Shown piece by piece: positions 10,200 through 22,004 of a stretch of 64,000 nucleotides of DNA. The translations under genes were made by a program, and so were the position numbers. The notes beneath the pieces were generated by a model that saw only the letters and a program-made list of their open reading frames with translations, was not told the DNA's origin and did no database searches. Location: contig NC_068994.1 in NCBI RefSeq assembly GCF_001194135.2, positions 4,217,553 through 4,281,552 of the forward strand, given 5' to 3'. Numbering within the stretch: the first letter of the stretch is position 1; each line of letters begins with the position of its first letter. Source of the stretch: Octopus bimaculoides (taxonomy: Eukaryota).

Positions 10200-11530
10200 C
10201 AAGCAGGTACAGGGGTGCTAAAAGTAAAGAGGAAGCTAGAAATGAGGTCTATGAAGGGAGTTCAGTTCTCAGTCCCCTGTTATTTGATGTAGTTCTTCTA
10301 AGTCATGACAGAAAACTTCAAGGCTGGCTGTCTTTGAGAATTCTTATATATCAATGCCTGGTTGTTATAGCTGAGTTGGCCAAAAGATTTAGAGATTAAG
10401 TCCTTTAAGAAATGGAAGCAGGGTCTACAATAAAAATCCAACAGTAAATCTAGAAAAGAAAAGACAAGATTTAACAAGAACAATAAAAAACTTTAGGGCT
10501 CTCTGGGAATCGGTCATATTTAATCGACAGAAACAATTTTGGTGGGACTTTTATACCCGAGTATTTAATGGAAACTATAGGAATCACAAGTAAATCTAAT
10601 AGAGAAGCGGGACTTTGTATGCAGCAGATGTACAGGGGTAGATGGCAGTAGGGGCAGCCGTGTTTTAAATTACTTCATATGGTGGAAGACCGTAACGTTG
10701 TAGTTTCTGTTACCTTGGTAACCTCAAAAAGCAGAGTAGAAGATGGGTTTCAGAAAGTTCAGGCAGTTAATTAGTTCTGCTGGTAATGAGGGAAATCCTT
10801 TCTTAAAATGAAGAACAGATTGTATGATGTGTGATGTTGCTGCATTACAACAAACTTTGGACATTAAGATACAGAAGATGAGGAAGGGGTGTAAAGGGGA
10901 TGGGTGCTCTGGTGGAGGAATCATGGGAAGATGAATAAGAAAAATAAGCTTGGTATGAAAGAAATCAAATACCAAACATGAGAGAAGATTGTGTTGGTAT
11001 GATTCAAGTTTTTTTTTTTTTTTTTGCAATGTCCATTCCCCATGCTGGCATGGTTTGGACAGGAGCTGGTAAGGATGACAGCCACTCTAGGGTCTATTGT
11101 TTTGGCAAGGTTCCTACAGCTGGATGCTCTTTCTAATGTCAACCACTTTAGAGTGTATTGGGTGCTTTCTATGTGGCCCCAGCACCAGCACTTTTTATGT
11201 GGTACCATCGCCAGTGGTTTTTATGTGGTACCATCACTAGTGCTTCTTATGTGGTACCATTGCTAGTGCTTTTTAGGTGGTACCATCACCAGTGGTTTCT
11301 ATGTGGTATCATCACCAATGATTTTTATGTGGTACCAACAAGGTCAAGTACCTTGCAAGACAAGACATCTGAACAGGATTATAAGATGAATATGAAGGAT
11401 GATAGTCGAGTGAAGAAGTGGAGGAGGTCGGACATCATTAAGAAGCTGATGAAGGACTATAATATGGTCGAGATGGCTTCTCTAATACATGCAAGCATAG
11501 AAAAATATGCAAAAGGAAGAAGAGGAGACA
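10200..11530 (+). mobile_element. Decayed RTE-clade LINE ORF2 (RT core to C-terminus), interrupted by a SINE C insertion
   Basis: SVLSPLLF at 10262-10285 (GVxQGSVLSPLLF motif), MTENFKAGC, FKKWKQGL, RDFVCSRCTG and SFCYLG recognisable across frames with stops and frameshifts. Confidence 0.75.
11030..11370 (-). mobile_element. SINE family C copy with internal 26-bp VNTR (about 7 units, 11162-11340)
   Basis: CCATGCTGGCATGGTTTGGAC...TTCCTACAGCTGGATGCTC...AACCAC followed by GTGSTTTTTATGTGGTACCATCRCCA-like units. Confidence 0.85.
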
Positions 11531-12124
11531 TATAAATATATACAACAGGAAATTCATGTACAAACAGCAAATGGTTATTTTTTTTCTCTTTTTCAAATTA
11601 TTTATTTTTGCCATTAAAAAATAAAATAAAATAAAACCTAGCAGTCATTTATATTGTCCAGTATCTGACACCGACTCTTGTCCATTGGCTCCACACACCC
11701 TCACGTTATCCATTGACTGCCCCCTCACCCAAAATAATGGCGAGAAAGAGAAGGAAAAAACCCCACCCCATATGTATACATAATAATAATAATATAAAAC
11801 TAGAGAAACAAAGCCTGGTTGATTAAAAAAAACCCAAAAATAACAAAATCCAATCTTGTCATTCACAGCCCATCTGTGACCAGGCTAGAGCAGGTTTTAA
11901 GAGTGTGCAAGAACTGACCCCAGAAGAGTTGAGTTACATCCACGAAAGAGAGACAGAGAGAGGTGGAAGGAGGGAGGGAGGGAGATAGCATTTAGCAGGG
12001 GGGTGGGGAATGAGAAGACTGTTTGCAATATGTTAATCAGTTTTTAGCGGATCAACACCCTGGCTTTTTTATCCTCATACACTGCATATATATACATATA
12101 TATATTCACACACACACACACATA

Positions 12125-12370
12125 TCGTTGTCATCATTTAACATCTGTTTTCCATGCTGACATGACTTGGATGGTTTAACAAGAGCTGGAAAGCCAAAGA
12201 GCTGCACCAGGTCCCAAAGTTCATTTTTACATGGCTTCTATGGCTGGATGTCCTTCCTGACGCCAACCACTCTACAGGGTGCTTTTTATGTGGCATCACT
12301 GCCTGTGTTTTTTACATGGCACCATCGCCAGAGTATTTCATGTGGTACCAGCACCAGTGCTTTTTACATG
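12125..12370 (-). mobile_element. SINE family C copy
   Basis: CATCATTTAACATCTGTTTTCCATGCTG...GGCTGGATGTCCTTCCTGACGCCAACCAC. Confidence 0.8.
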
Positions 12371-12806
12371 GCATATATATACATGTATAAAATGTTCATT
12401 TTACCATGATACACATTATATGTATAATACTTTAAGTGTATTATATATTTCATTTATATATATATGTACACATATATACATACATGCATACATTATTAGC
12501 TTATACAAACATGCACACACATACAGTGACTGTGGCCATGCAGGGGCACCACCTTAAAGCATATCTGTCTCTGCATGTTTAGCAGAAGTGGTGAATTGTA
12601 GAATGGAACTTTTGTTTTCTCACAAAAAACATATTGAGAAAATTAGCAAAGTTTTGTGAACCATGGAACTACCATTACCCCCTCTTTCTCTCTCTCTGTC
12701 CCTCTCTCTCTCTTCCATCTCTCCTCCACCAACATCTGATACCAAACCAACATCAACAGAATTGACTGATGTAACAATGTTTTGGAAGCAGACGCCTGTC
12801 AGAATC

Positions 12807-13302
12807 AAGTATGAGAATCAAATTGTTGGAGTTGAATATGAGAGTCACACTGTTGGAGTGGAGTATGAGAGTTATGCTGCTGGAATGACATATGAGAATC
12901 ACTCTGTCGGACTTGAGTATAAGTCACACTGAGCCACACTGTTCAAGTGGAGTATGAGTCACACTGTTGGAGTGGAGTATGAGAGTCACACTGTTGGAGT
13001 GGAGTATGAGAGTTATGCTGCTGGAGTGACATGAGAATCACTGTCGGACTTGAGTATGAGTCACACTGTTGGAGTGGAATATCAGAGTCACACTGTTGGA
13101 GTGGAGTATGAGAGTCACACTAGTGGAGTGGAGTATGAGAGTCATGCTATCAGAGTCACACTGTTGGAGTGGAGTGTGAGTCACACTGTCGGACTGGAGT
13201 ATGAGAGTCACACTGTCAGAGTGGAGTATGAGAGTCGTCTTAGCAGGGTGAAGGTTAAGAGTCACATTGTCAGAAAGGAATATGAAAGTCTAGTTTGTTG
13301 AG
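12807..13302 (+). repeat. 27-bp minisatellite, about 18 diverged units (GAGTATGAGAGTCACACTGTTGGAGTG)
   Basis: Unit read repeatedly; some copies carry 2-nt deletions (GAGTATGAGTCACAC). Confidence 0.92.
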
Positions 13303-13722
13303 GTTGTAAATTCATAACCTATTGAAATGGTGGTAATCCACTTGGATTAACTGATGATTAAATATCTACAGTTTGCAGACAATGGGAAACCACAAGTTCA
13401 GAGTGTGTGCGTGCCGAGTAGGGGTGTGAGTGTGTGTGTAGAGGGCTGTTTACTTAAGGGGTTTGTGACAAAACCCTGTCACATTTCAATAATCAATTCT
13501 CTTTTCAATTCAACACAACGAACCATATTTAATTTCTTCATTTTCCGTTTAAAATTGGAAAATTTTAATTCAATTTGTTTTTTTTGTTTTCCAAATTTCA
13601 TTTCCAAGTTTGTTGTTTTATATTTCAGTTTTTACATTTTTTCGTTTCTTTTTTTTGAAAACTTCCTCGGGGGTTTAAAATTTCATTTGTTTTCTGTCTG
13701 TTTTTGTTTTTGTTTTTTATTT

Positions 13723-14868
13723 TTATTTCGTCTGATAAAGCTGTGCTGCCGCTGGGGCAGAGACGGTGACGGCTCCTTGGTACATTTGAATGGTAGGGAA
13801 GATCTGTGTGGTCGCCGGAGATATCTGTATTGTGCTCGGAAAGATATGTGTGACAGGATTCATCTGGGTGTAGAGCGGATAGACTTGAGTGCCGGCCGGG
13901 TAGGTGGCTTGAGTGCTGCTCGCCACCACGTTCGAGTTGAGGTGGTGGCTAACATTCACTCCCGAGTGCTGTGGTTGGCTGGAGATGTCGACAACCGAGG
14001 CACTTGCTTGTTGGCTAGCAACCACTGCGTGTTGTGATGTATTCACACTGACAGCACAACTGGTATTCACTCCGGAGTTACTGTTAGCGGCAACTGTAGT
14101 GCTGCTAGTCTGTTTGTCTTTGTTAGGTTTATTATTGGTATTTGAAGAACTACTACTACTACTACTACTACTGTTACTATTACTACTACTACCACCACCA
14201 CCACCACCAGTACTGCTGTTGTTGTTGTTACTGCTGCTGATTGGTGTTGGGGAGGCTTCTGTTGTGATTGCTGTTGTTGTTGCCAGTGTAACGTTGTTGT
14301 TGTTGTTGTTGCTGTTGTTGCGTAGCGGCACGCAGCTTATTTTGATGCCGTTCTTGTTTGGCCGATTGTGTTTGACGAGGTGGTCTTTGCGGGAGAAGGC
14401 GAACCCACAGATCTGACACCTGAACGGCCGCTCGCCCGTGTGGATCCTCTGGTGCACCTTCAGGTACGACCGGTGCACAAACGTTTTGCGACAGATCTCG
14501 CAGCTGAATCGCTTCTCCAGCTGATGCGTGCCTCGGTGCCGTGCCAGGTGGTCGCTGCGGTAGAACGCGCAGCCGCAGATCTGACACTTGAAAGGGCGCT
14601 CACCGGTGTGAATCCTCTTGTGGAGCTTCAAGTGGTCTCTTCGCGACAGGCACTTGCCACAGATGTCACACTTGTACTGCTTGTCGGATGTTGCCCCCGG
14701 TGCCACCGACAGAGCCATGCCACTGTCCCCTGCAATATTAGCAGCAGCCAGCACGACAGCTTGTTGATTACCGCTGCTGCTGTTGTGAAGAGTGTGTCCA
14801 TGGTGATGGTTATGGTGATGGTGATTGTGATGATGATGGCCAATATGATTGCAACTATTTCCCTCCAT
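13723..14868 (-). CDS. C2H2 zinc-finger protein ZNF-B (381 aa; 3 canonical fingers plus a 4th lacking the second His; poly-His N-terminus, Asn/Gly/Ser tracts, Ser/Thr/Gln-rich tail)
   Basis: ATG-TAA ORF with [63 protein letters not shown] and [21 protein letters not shown]; TGERP linkers. Confidence 0.93.
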   Translation of the reverse strand: MEGNSCNHIGHHHHNHHHHNHHHGHTLHNSSSGNQQAVVLAAANIAGDSGMALSVAPGATSDKQYKCDICGKCLSRRDHLKLHKRIHTGERPFKCQICGCAFYRSDHLARHRGTHQLEKRFSCEICRKTFVHRSYLKVHQRIHTGERPFRCQICGFAFSRKDHLVKHNRPNKNGIKISCVPLRNNSNNNNNNVTLATTTAITTEASPTPISSSNNNNSSTGGGGGGSSSNSNSSSSSSSSSSNTNNKPNKDKQTSSTTVAANSNSGVNTSCAVSVNTSQHAVVASQQASASVVDISSQPQHSGVNVSHHLNSNVVASSTQATYPAGTQVYPLYTQMNPVTHIFPSTIQISPATTQIFPTIQMYQGAVTVSAPAAAQLYQTK

Positions 14869-15926
14869 CGCAACTCCCTATCTAACACATACAGGAAAGA
14901 TAACAGACGTAGTTCAGTCTAATGGCTGCACACAGCCATGTCAGGATGTAATTCAAGAAAAGACTCAGTTGTATTTAGTTAACGATTCTTGGAAGAAAAC
15001 GACATCTTGTAGAACATGGATGATGTCTTTTTTTACTTTAGTTTTGTTGTTAAACAACAAAGAACAAGAAAATGGTAGACAATAATAAGACAATTTCTAA
15101 TTCCTCTTCCTTTGTTGTTTGGATATTAACATCCAAAATCCAACTCAAGAATCTTCACTGAACCAAGATATTCATGGATTATCTTAGGAAATGGCAGTTC
15201 AATGTAGGATTAAATTCTTGGAAAGTTATTTGCTTTTAATTACTGTTGTTGATTATCAGTATCAATAATGATGATGATGTTAATGATAATCTGATAATTT
15301 AGTGATCTGTGATTAATGATTGAAGAACTGGGTTTCTTAATCACTATGGAGCATCTATAAATTGTCACGTGCCTCAACGACACCAGAACACTTGTGGAAT
15401 AAAAGTTGAACCACTTCAGACAATTCTGAATTCTTCAAGTATTGAAAAAAAATCAGCCAGTACAGTATCACCATTCACTATATATACATGTGTGTGTAAA
15501 TGTGTTTTTATGCGAAGCTGTTGAGCGTCAATACACGTGTATTTGTGTGTGTGTGTAGATTGAAGGGCAATACTTATGATAATCAAGTGAGTTGGACAAA
15601 CCTGTATCTGATGGCACTATGTGAGAATTCTTGGGATCACAGAGTGAGACTGTCTTCCATGTAAAAATCTGTATGTATAGATGTGTATATGTATGCCTGC
15701 ATATAACATCTATAATTGTCTATATATATAGACACACAACACAATATGTCCTATAAATCAATATGTATGTATGTATAAAGATGTATGTGTCAGGTAGCAG
15801 GTGTAGTTTCACAGTTCTCTTCCTGAGGGGTCTCAACTAATCTGTAAGGAGGCTTTCCAAACAGAAAAATCCTGAGGGGAAAAAAACCCCAAAAACTCCT
15901 TTTCTCTCAAAGGGTAAAATGCAGGA

Positions 15927-15977
<51 letters not shown>

Positions 15978-16082
15978 ACCTTAATCCAAAGAGTCTATGC
16001 AGGGTGTATATGCAAATACAAAAATCTGTTTGGTTGTGATGGAGCTCGGTGAAGTTTAGATATAAGTTTAGCTGTTTTCAAT

Positions 16083-16110
16083 CTGAAATAGAAGAAAAGA
16101 TATTTGTAAA
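16083..16110 (-). other. Candidate 3' splice acceptor upstream of ZNF-B (exon from 16082)
   Basis: Minus strand reads ATATCTTTTCTTCTATTTCAG|ATT. Confidence 0.4.
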
Positions 16111-16144
16111 ATCAAAATAATTTTTTTTTTAATGTGGTTAACAA

Positions 16145-16315
16145 ACACATCATCGTCATCATCATCATCATTTAACATCTGCTCTCCATGCTGGCATGTG
16201 TTGGATGGTTTGACTGAGGACTGGTGAGCCAGATGGCTGCACCAGGCTTCAATCTGATCTGACACAGTTTCTACAGCTGGATGCCCTTCCTAACACCAAC
16301 CACTCCAAGAGTGTA
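16145..16315 (-). mobile_element. SINE family C copy
   Basis: (CAT)n TTTAACATCTGCTCTCCATGCTGGCATG...CTACAGCTGGATGCCCTTCCTAACACCAACCAC. Confidence 0.85.
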
Positions 16316-17969
16316 TTATATATATAAAATAAAAATGAAAAAAATACATATTAAGTACAGAACATCAAGGAATGAAAAATACGTAAACACGCAACGAGAG
16401 ACAAGTACATGACAAAAAAACCAAAAGAACTCTAACTCCTCCTCAGTTGGCAACTATTTATTACTACCTGTTTTGTGCTTTTAACGACAAGACAGGAAAA
16501 CTTCAGAAGACAGCAGCATCCAGAAATTTTAAAACTATAAAATTTGTGGAGAGTTAGGGCTTCGAACGAACAAACAGCAACAGAGTGGACGTACAGAAAC
16601 GATCGATGAAGACAGATGTTTAGGGCTGTTAGACGAAGATGAATTGTAATGGGTAACGGCTGGGAGAGATTTTGAAAGGATACAGAATAAGTAGAAGAGA
16701 AAAAAAGATATTGGGAGGTGAGAGAAATGACGTCCAGCCAGCTGGACGTCCCATCCAGAAAAGACAGGGAGACGAGCAAAATTGCCTCAGAAATTATTCA
16801 GACAAAAAACAAACAATACCAAAAAACTGACCAAAATATTTTTCAATATGTTTGATTACAGGTATGTTCAGTTAAGGTTGGCTTGAGCCTCAACAGCAGC
16901 AGTAGCAGCAGCAGCAATAACAGCTATTATAAAATGTCGGTTAACAAGGGAACATGTACAAGGTCACACGATTTTGCTAGAAATACCTGTTAGATCTTCG
17001 TTCAATCATACTCTGCATGTGAAAAAATGACATAACAGACAATGTAATCCTAGATATGTTATGCCTGAAAGAAACAGGGCTGATCATGGTTGGAACGTCT
17101 TTGACGACAGGTCAGCTGGTTTAGGTTCGACCTTGGGTTAAACAACAATAGCAGTAGCGGCAAATCTGTGGATCTCCCAACTGTTTGACCAATCCATCTT
17201 CACGACAAAGGGTAGCTGGATCAAGGTTGGCCTGGGGTTAAACAACAATGACAACAACAACAATGCTGGATAATGTTGGCCTGTGTACACTGCACCTGAA
17301 TAATAGCAGGGTTTGATGGGAGAGAGAGTTTGGCTGCTATTTCTAGCATATTGAACGATTAGGTGACACCAGGTAACACACACACACACACACACAGCAA
17401 ATGACTTTGTGGATCAGGATTGCCCCAGGTATTGTTGACCATCGCCAAATGTAAGAAGATCTGTTACACATCGGGAATCTAGCAAAACAAATTCATAAAA
17501 GATTGAGCTATACAACAACAACTACCTGCCTGTCATAGGACTGACCTCGGGTTATAAAACTTCAGTGACTATTAATGACACGGTGTGGGGGGGGGGGGTG
17601 AATCAGTTACTAAACAGTGGAAAGAGAGCGAGAGAGAAAGGACTGATAGAGAGGTGCACTGAGTGACACATTAATTACCACCACCACTACCACTACCGCC
17701 TTCTTATGAAGTGACAGTCTAGAGAAGTTTGTTGATCACCAAACTGACCACTCTCACACAAATAAATACTGTTGAACCACTGGACAGAGAGAGAGGAGTG
17801 GCAATGGTGGAGAGGCCTTCTACATGGTTATTAATCTGGTAAAAATAACAACCAAATCGCCAAAGGTCTCCGCATTTGTATTGTGTATGCACTTTCATTT
17901 TTGTTGTATCTTTTTCCTTTACCAACAACAGACCTTAAAACACAAGGTGAGGTGGACTAAGCCTAAGTT

Positions 17970-18260
17970 AGCATCATCATCATGATCATCATTGTTTAAT
18001 GTCCGCTTTCCATGCTGGCATGGGTTGGACAGTTTGACTGAGGGCTGGCAAGCCAGGAGGCTGCAACAGGCTCCAATCTGATCCAGCAATGTTTCTACAG
18101 CTGGATGCACTTCCTAATGCCAACCAGTCCGAGAGTGTAGTGGGTGCTATTTATGTTCCACTGGCACAGGGGCCAGTCAGGGGGTACTGGCATCAATCAC
18201 ATTCGGATAGTGCTTTTTACGTGCCACCAGCACAGGGGCCAGTCAGGGGGTACTGGCATC
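17970..18260 (-). mobile_element. SINE family C copy with internal ~62-bp duplication
   Basis: Family C hallmark motifs; GCACAGGGGCCAGTCAGGGGGTACTGGCATC occurs twice. Confidence 0.85.
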
Positions 18261-18289
18261 GACCCCGTTTGGTCTACTCCTTATACAGA

Positions 18290-18620
18290 GTCTGACCATC
18301 TCCTGTACCCACACCTTAGAACCATCATGGCATCTGATGTGGTTTTTTAAACCAGACAATGTTTTGAAAGGATACCCACATAGATTGCATATCTGATTTG
18401 GACCACCATGAGTTGCAGATAAGTTCTGATCTTTGTGGATCTTAAAATGTCTTTTGAGGCCTCCGTTAGATTTGCAAACCTTCTGGCATACATTGCATTC
18501 AAAGGTGTGCACAGACATATAGAATAGTTGGTAGAGGTTCGTTTTCCATGGGTTCACAAATTAGATTTGAGCCCAGCAAAAGAAAGGCATCGTCTGCCAC
18601 AAACTGGGCACACAGAAAGG
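18290..18620 (-). pseudogene. Disrupted three-finger C2H2 segment, probably the 3' end of an RTE-type LINE ORF2
   Basis: CPVCGRRCLSFAGLKSNL*TH (stop, different frame), CNVCQKVCKSNGGLKRHFKIH and CNLCGYPFKTLSGLKNHIRCH; no TGEKP linkers; the SxxGLKxH signature resembles LINE C-terminal fingers. Confidence 0.6.
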
Positions 18621-18804
18621 TCATTGTGATTCACCTTCTCGATCATAACAGACAGACAGATATGTTAATATTTGTTTTTATGTTCAGTTGTAATAAAAAC
18701 AAATTTACTTTAATCTGATGAGTCTCTCACTTTATTTTATATAAGTATATCATCATCATCATCGTTTAACGTCCGTTTTCCATGCTGGCGTGGGTTGGAC
18801 GGTT

Positions 18805-19035
18805 CTTTTACTTGTTTCAATCATTTCACTGCAGCCATACTGGAAATATATTTTATACATTTATTCATTTCAGTAATGTGACTGTGGTCATGCTGGAGCA
18901 CCACCTTATGGGGTTTTTCAGTTGAAGAAATTGACCTCAGGATCTATTCTTTTTGTAAGCCTGGTACTTATTCCATCAGTCTCTTTTGCTGAACTGCTAC
19001 ATTATGGGGACATAAACACACCAAAATTGGTTGTC
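18805..19035 (-). mobile_element. SINE family A 3' fragment
   Basis: GGTCATGCTGGAGCACCACC...CTTTTGTAAGCCTGGTACTTATTCC...GGGGACATAAACACACC. Confidence 0.8.
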
Positions 19036-19205
19036 AACTATAAATATATAGTTAAAATGTACAGAAAACAAAAGACAAAGACAGGTGAGGGAACTACAAG
19101 CAGGTGTGTTAGTTTGACACTCAAGAAGAATGGAAAAGTCTTCGACATTTTGAGCCTGTGCTCTTTGATAGAAAGGATAGAGAGGAGAACATGGAAAAAA
19201 GAAGG

Positions 19206-19236
<31 letters not shown>

Positions 19237-19426
19237 NNNNNNNNNNNNNNNNNNNNNNNNNNNNNNNNNNNNNNNNNNNNNNNNNNNNNNNNNNNNNNNN
19301 NNNNNNNNNNNNNNNNNNNNNNNNNNNNNNNNNNNNNNNNNNNNNNNNNNNNNNNNNNNNNNNNNNNNNNNNNNNNNNNNNNNNNNNNNNNNNNNNNNNN
19401 NNNNNNNNNNNNNNNNNNNNNNNNNN
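19237..19426. other. Assembly gap (others: 30236-30594, 31593-32162, 37161-37273, 50657-50666, 51271-51711, 52758-53142, 55735-56245, 59655-60334, 61178-61444)
   Basis: Runs of N, most abutting (TA)n, poly-A or other repeats. Confidence 1.
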
Positions 19427-19427
19427 A

Positions 19428-19566
19428 CGCCAGCCAGTCATGAGTGGTCGATCCCAACCCCAACCCTAAACACGTATTCATTTGCACACACCGGTTAGGG
19501 ATAGGGTTAGGGTTAGGGTTAGGGACAGGGTCAGGGCTAGGATCAACCACTCACGACTAGCTAGCG
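19428..19566. mobile_element. MITE-like hairpin: 27-bp terminal inverted repeats enclosing telomeric-like repeats
   Basis: 19428-19454 and 19540-19566 are 23/27 reverse-complementary; the interior has CCCAACCCCAACCCTAA and 8 GGTTAG-like hexamers (19493-19540). Confidence 0.65.
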
Positions 19567-19634
19567 CGACCGCGCGCTCGGGACCGTGCTGCTTTAGTAG
19601 TACCTATATATATATATATATATATATATACATA

Positions 19635-20005
19635 GGCGCAGGCGTGGCTGTGTGGTAAGAAGCTTGCTTCCCAACCACATAATTCCATGATCAGTCCCAC
19701 TGCGTGGCACCTTGGGCAAGTGTCTCCTACTATAGTCTCGAGCTGACCAAAGCCTTGAGTAGCTTTGGTAGAGAGAAACTGAAAGAAGCCCGTCGTGTAT
19801 ATATATATATATATATATATGTTTGTTCCCCCACCATCGCTTGACAACCGATGTCGGTGTGTTTATGTCCCCGTAACTTAGCGGTTCGGCAAAAGAGACC
19901 GATAGAGTAAGTACTAGGCTTACAAAGAATAAGTCCTCGATTTGTTCGACCAAAGGCGGTGCTCCAGTATGGCAGTAGTCAAATGACTTGACTGAAACAA
20001 AAGAA
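19635..20005 (+). mobile_element. Near full-length SINE family A: tRNA-like head, CORE-like CCTTGGGCAAGT box, internal (TA)n, 3' tail
   Basis: GGCGCAGGCGTGGCTGTGTGGTAAGAAGC (A-box-like), a B-box-like position, CACCTTGGGCAAGTGTC, central (TA)n at ~19797-19820 and tail GGCGGTGCTCCAGTATGGC. Confidence 0.88.
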
Positions 20006-21966
20006 TTTTTAAAAATACAGACATACATCTATAGCTATACATATTCAAATATTCTGCGAGAACATGTATAGCCATGGAGAACTATTACCTTGTTTCGAAA
20101 ACAGGTGAGGGTCGGCGACAGAAAGTGCACCCGCTTATAGAATCTTAACCTGAATAAACTTCGCCTGGTCCATGCAGGCATGGAAAAGCGGACGTTAAAA
20201 CTATGATGATGGTGATTGTTGTATACATATATTTAAGTATATATGTTCAGGTACAGATATACACCGTAATTGATCGTTGAATAAATATTCGCGTCGTCTT
20301 GAGTTGATTTGAAAAATTTGTTGAGAAACTGAACATTATCCACACAAAACTTCACTAATTAACATCGATGTCCTAGTAGTGTATTTGTGGATCAAGGACT
20401 AATGTGATTGTGGGGAATGTACCGCCTCGATTACACGACACAAAATAGACAAAAAGAAAAAAAAAAGAGAGGGAAATAAATATCAAACTATTTTTGAACT
20501 AAGGAAAAGCCTTCGTCAAAATCGATATCCGTACATGAAGTAGTCAATATTTAAATTATTGGATTAGCCACGGCACACAACGATACAATACATTCATACT
20601 TTACAATATATGTATGTATGTGTGTCTGTACGTATTTATAGGTGTAATTGTAGTTGGACAAGTTTTATTAATAGCGGAGCCAACGTATTAAAAATAACCA
20701 CTGAAAACTTATTCTGGCCTGAATATTTATATTTCTTTCATGACATGTAAACTCTGAAAAACTATATACTATAAGGTTATATTGGTACATAGAAACATAC
20801 ATATAACATATAAATACATATATATAATCACTTAATAGGGAGTGAGTACCTAAGAGGAAAGATGTTGGTGGTGGGGAAAAAAAGGAAACGTGGTTTGTGA
20901 ATGATTTTAGGAAAAATATTGTCTGGAGTTCACAGACGAATGAAGTTGTAAAATGGAGGAGTGGGGAGAAGTGAGAAAAGAGCGGCTTGTCTGGTCGATA
21001 TTTCTAGGGCAAGAAGCGAAACCTGATCACTATCTTTATTACATTTGGCCTATATATGTGTCTCTCTCTTTATATATATATATATATATATATCTGCAAG
21101 TGTTGTGTATGTGTTAGGTTATATGTGTAAAGAGGAAGTCTTACTGGATATATTTGAAAGGGAAGTTGATATGTAGAGAATTAAATAAAAGAAGTGGCGA
21201 TACGTAATGTGATCACCGACTTTAGAATTGCTTTAAGAACACAAAACTCACCTCAGCCGAGAACAACATCGATTGAACCTTCGTCCAATCTGTCCGAATA
21301 TCTCAGCTACGGCAGGCGTCAGTTGGCAAGTAACGCCACTGGACATTTCGGCATTGGTCAATCAATGAAATGGCACACATATTCGGCAGATAGGGGTCCG
21401 ATTTAGGCAGACAATGTGACCGGGAGAGAAGAAGCTAGAGTTTTTTTACACAACCATCGAAGTAAACAAAGGGGGAGATAATAACAATAAAGAAAAAACG
21501 TTAGAAATACGACACACAGACAGACAGCCGGATTAAATATTCCATACCTCATATCTTACATATACCAACTATATTTACATATTTTCCTTCATGAAAATGC
21601 ATATTATCAAATAAAACAATATCATATTTTATATCAATCGGAACTACTAATTAGAACAGACGGAGGTAGTACGTATTTCATATGGAGTGTTTTTTCAATG
21701 AAAGGACTTTTATTACGAACACCGTTTGTCTTGCATGGTTTTTTTTTTCTCCCTCTGATTTCTCTTTACAGCAGACTTAGTTTGAATTCTGTTTCTACAG
21801 GTCACTGTTTCACTCGAGTTAAATCTTATCGAATTTTAAGTACTGTTCCAGACAACCGTTAACACTAAACAGGAAAATATAAGCACATCACTTGTACACC
21901 TTGCGTGTGTTTGTGTGCATATATGTACATATATATATATATATATATGAAATATGTATATATATA

Positions 21967-22004
<38 letters not shown>

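Noticed and set aside
12663-13301. Repeat-protein ORFs (EYESHTVGV)n
   Set aside because: Frame broken by 2-nt deletions and stops between the two ORFs; better explained as a minisatellite.
18716-18735. CTGATGAG motif suggesting a second hammerhead (also TTACCTGAAGA near 7316)
   Set aside because: No downstream GAAA box or stem I/III partners found.
19635-19715. tRNA genes (also 32620-32694 and others)
   Set aside because: A/B-box-like heads run straight into SINE bodies present in many copies; no complete cloverleaf.
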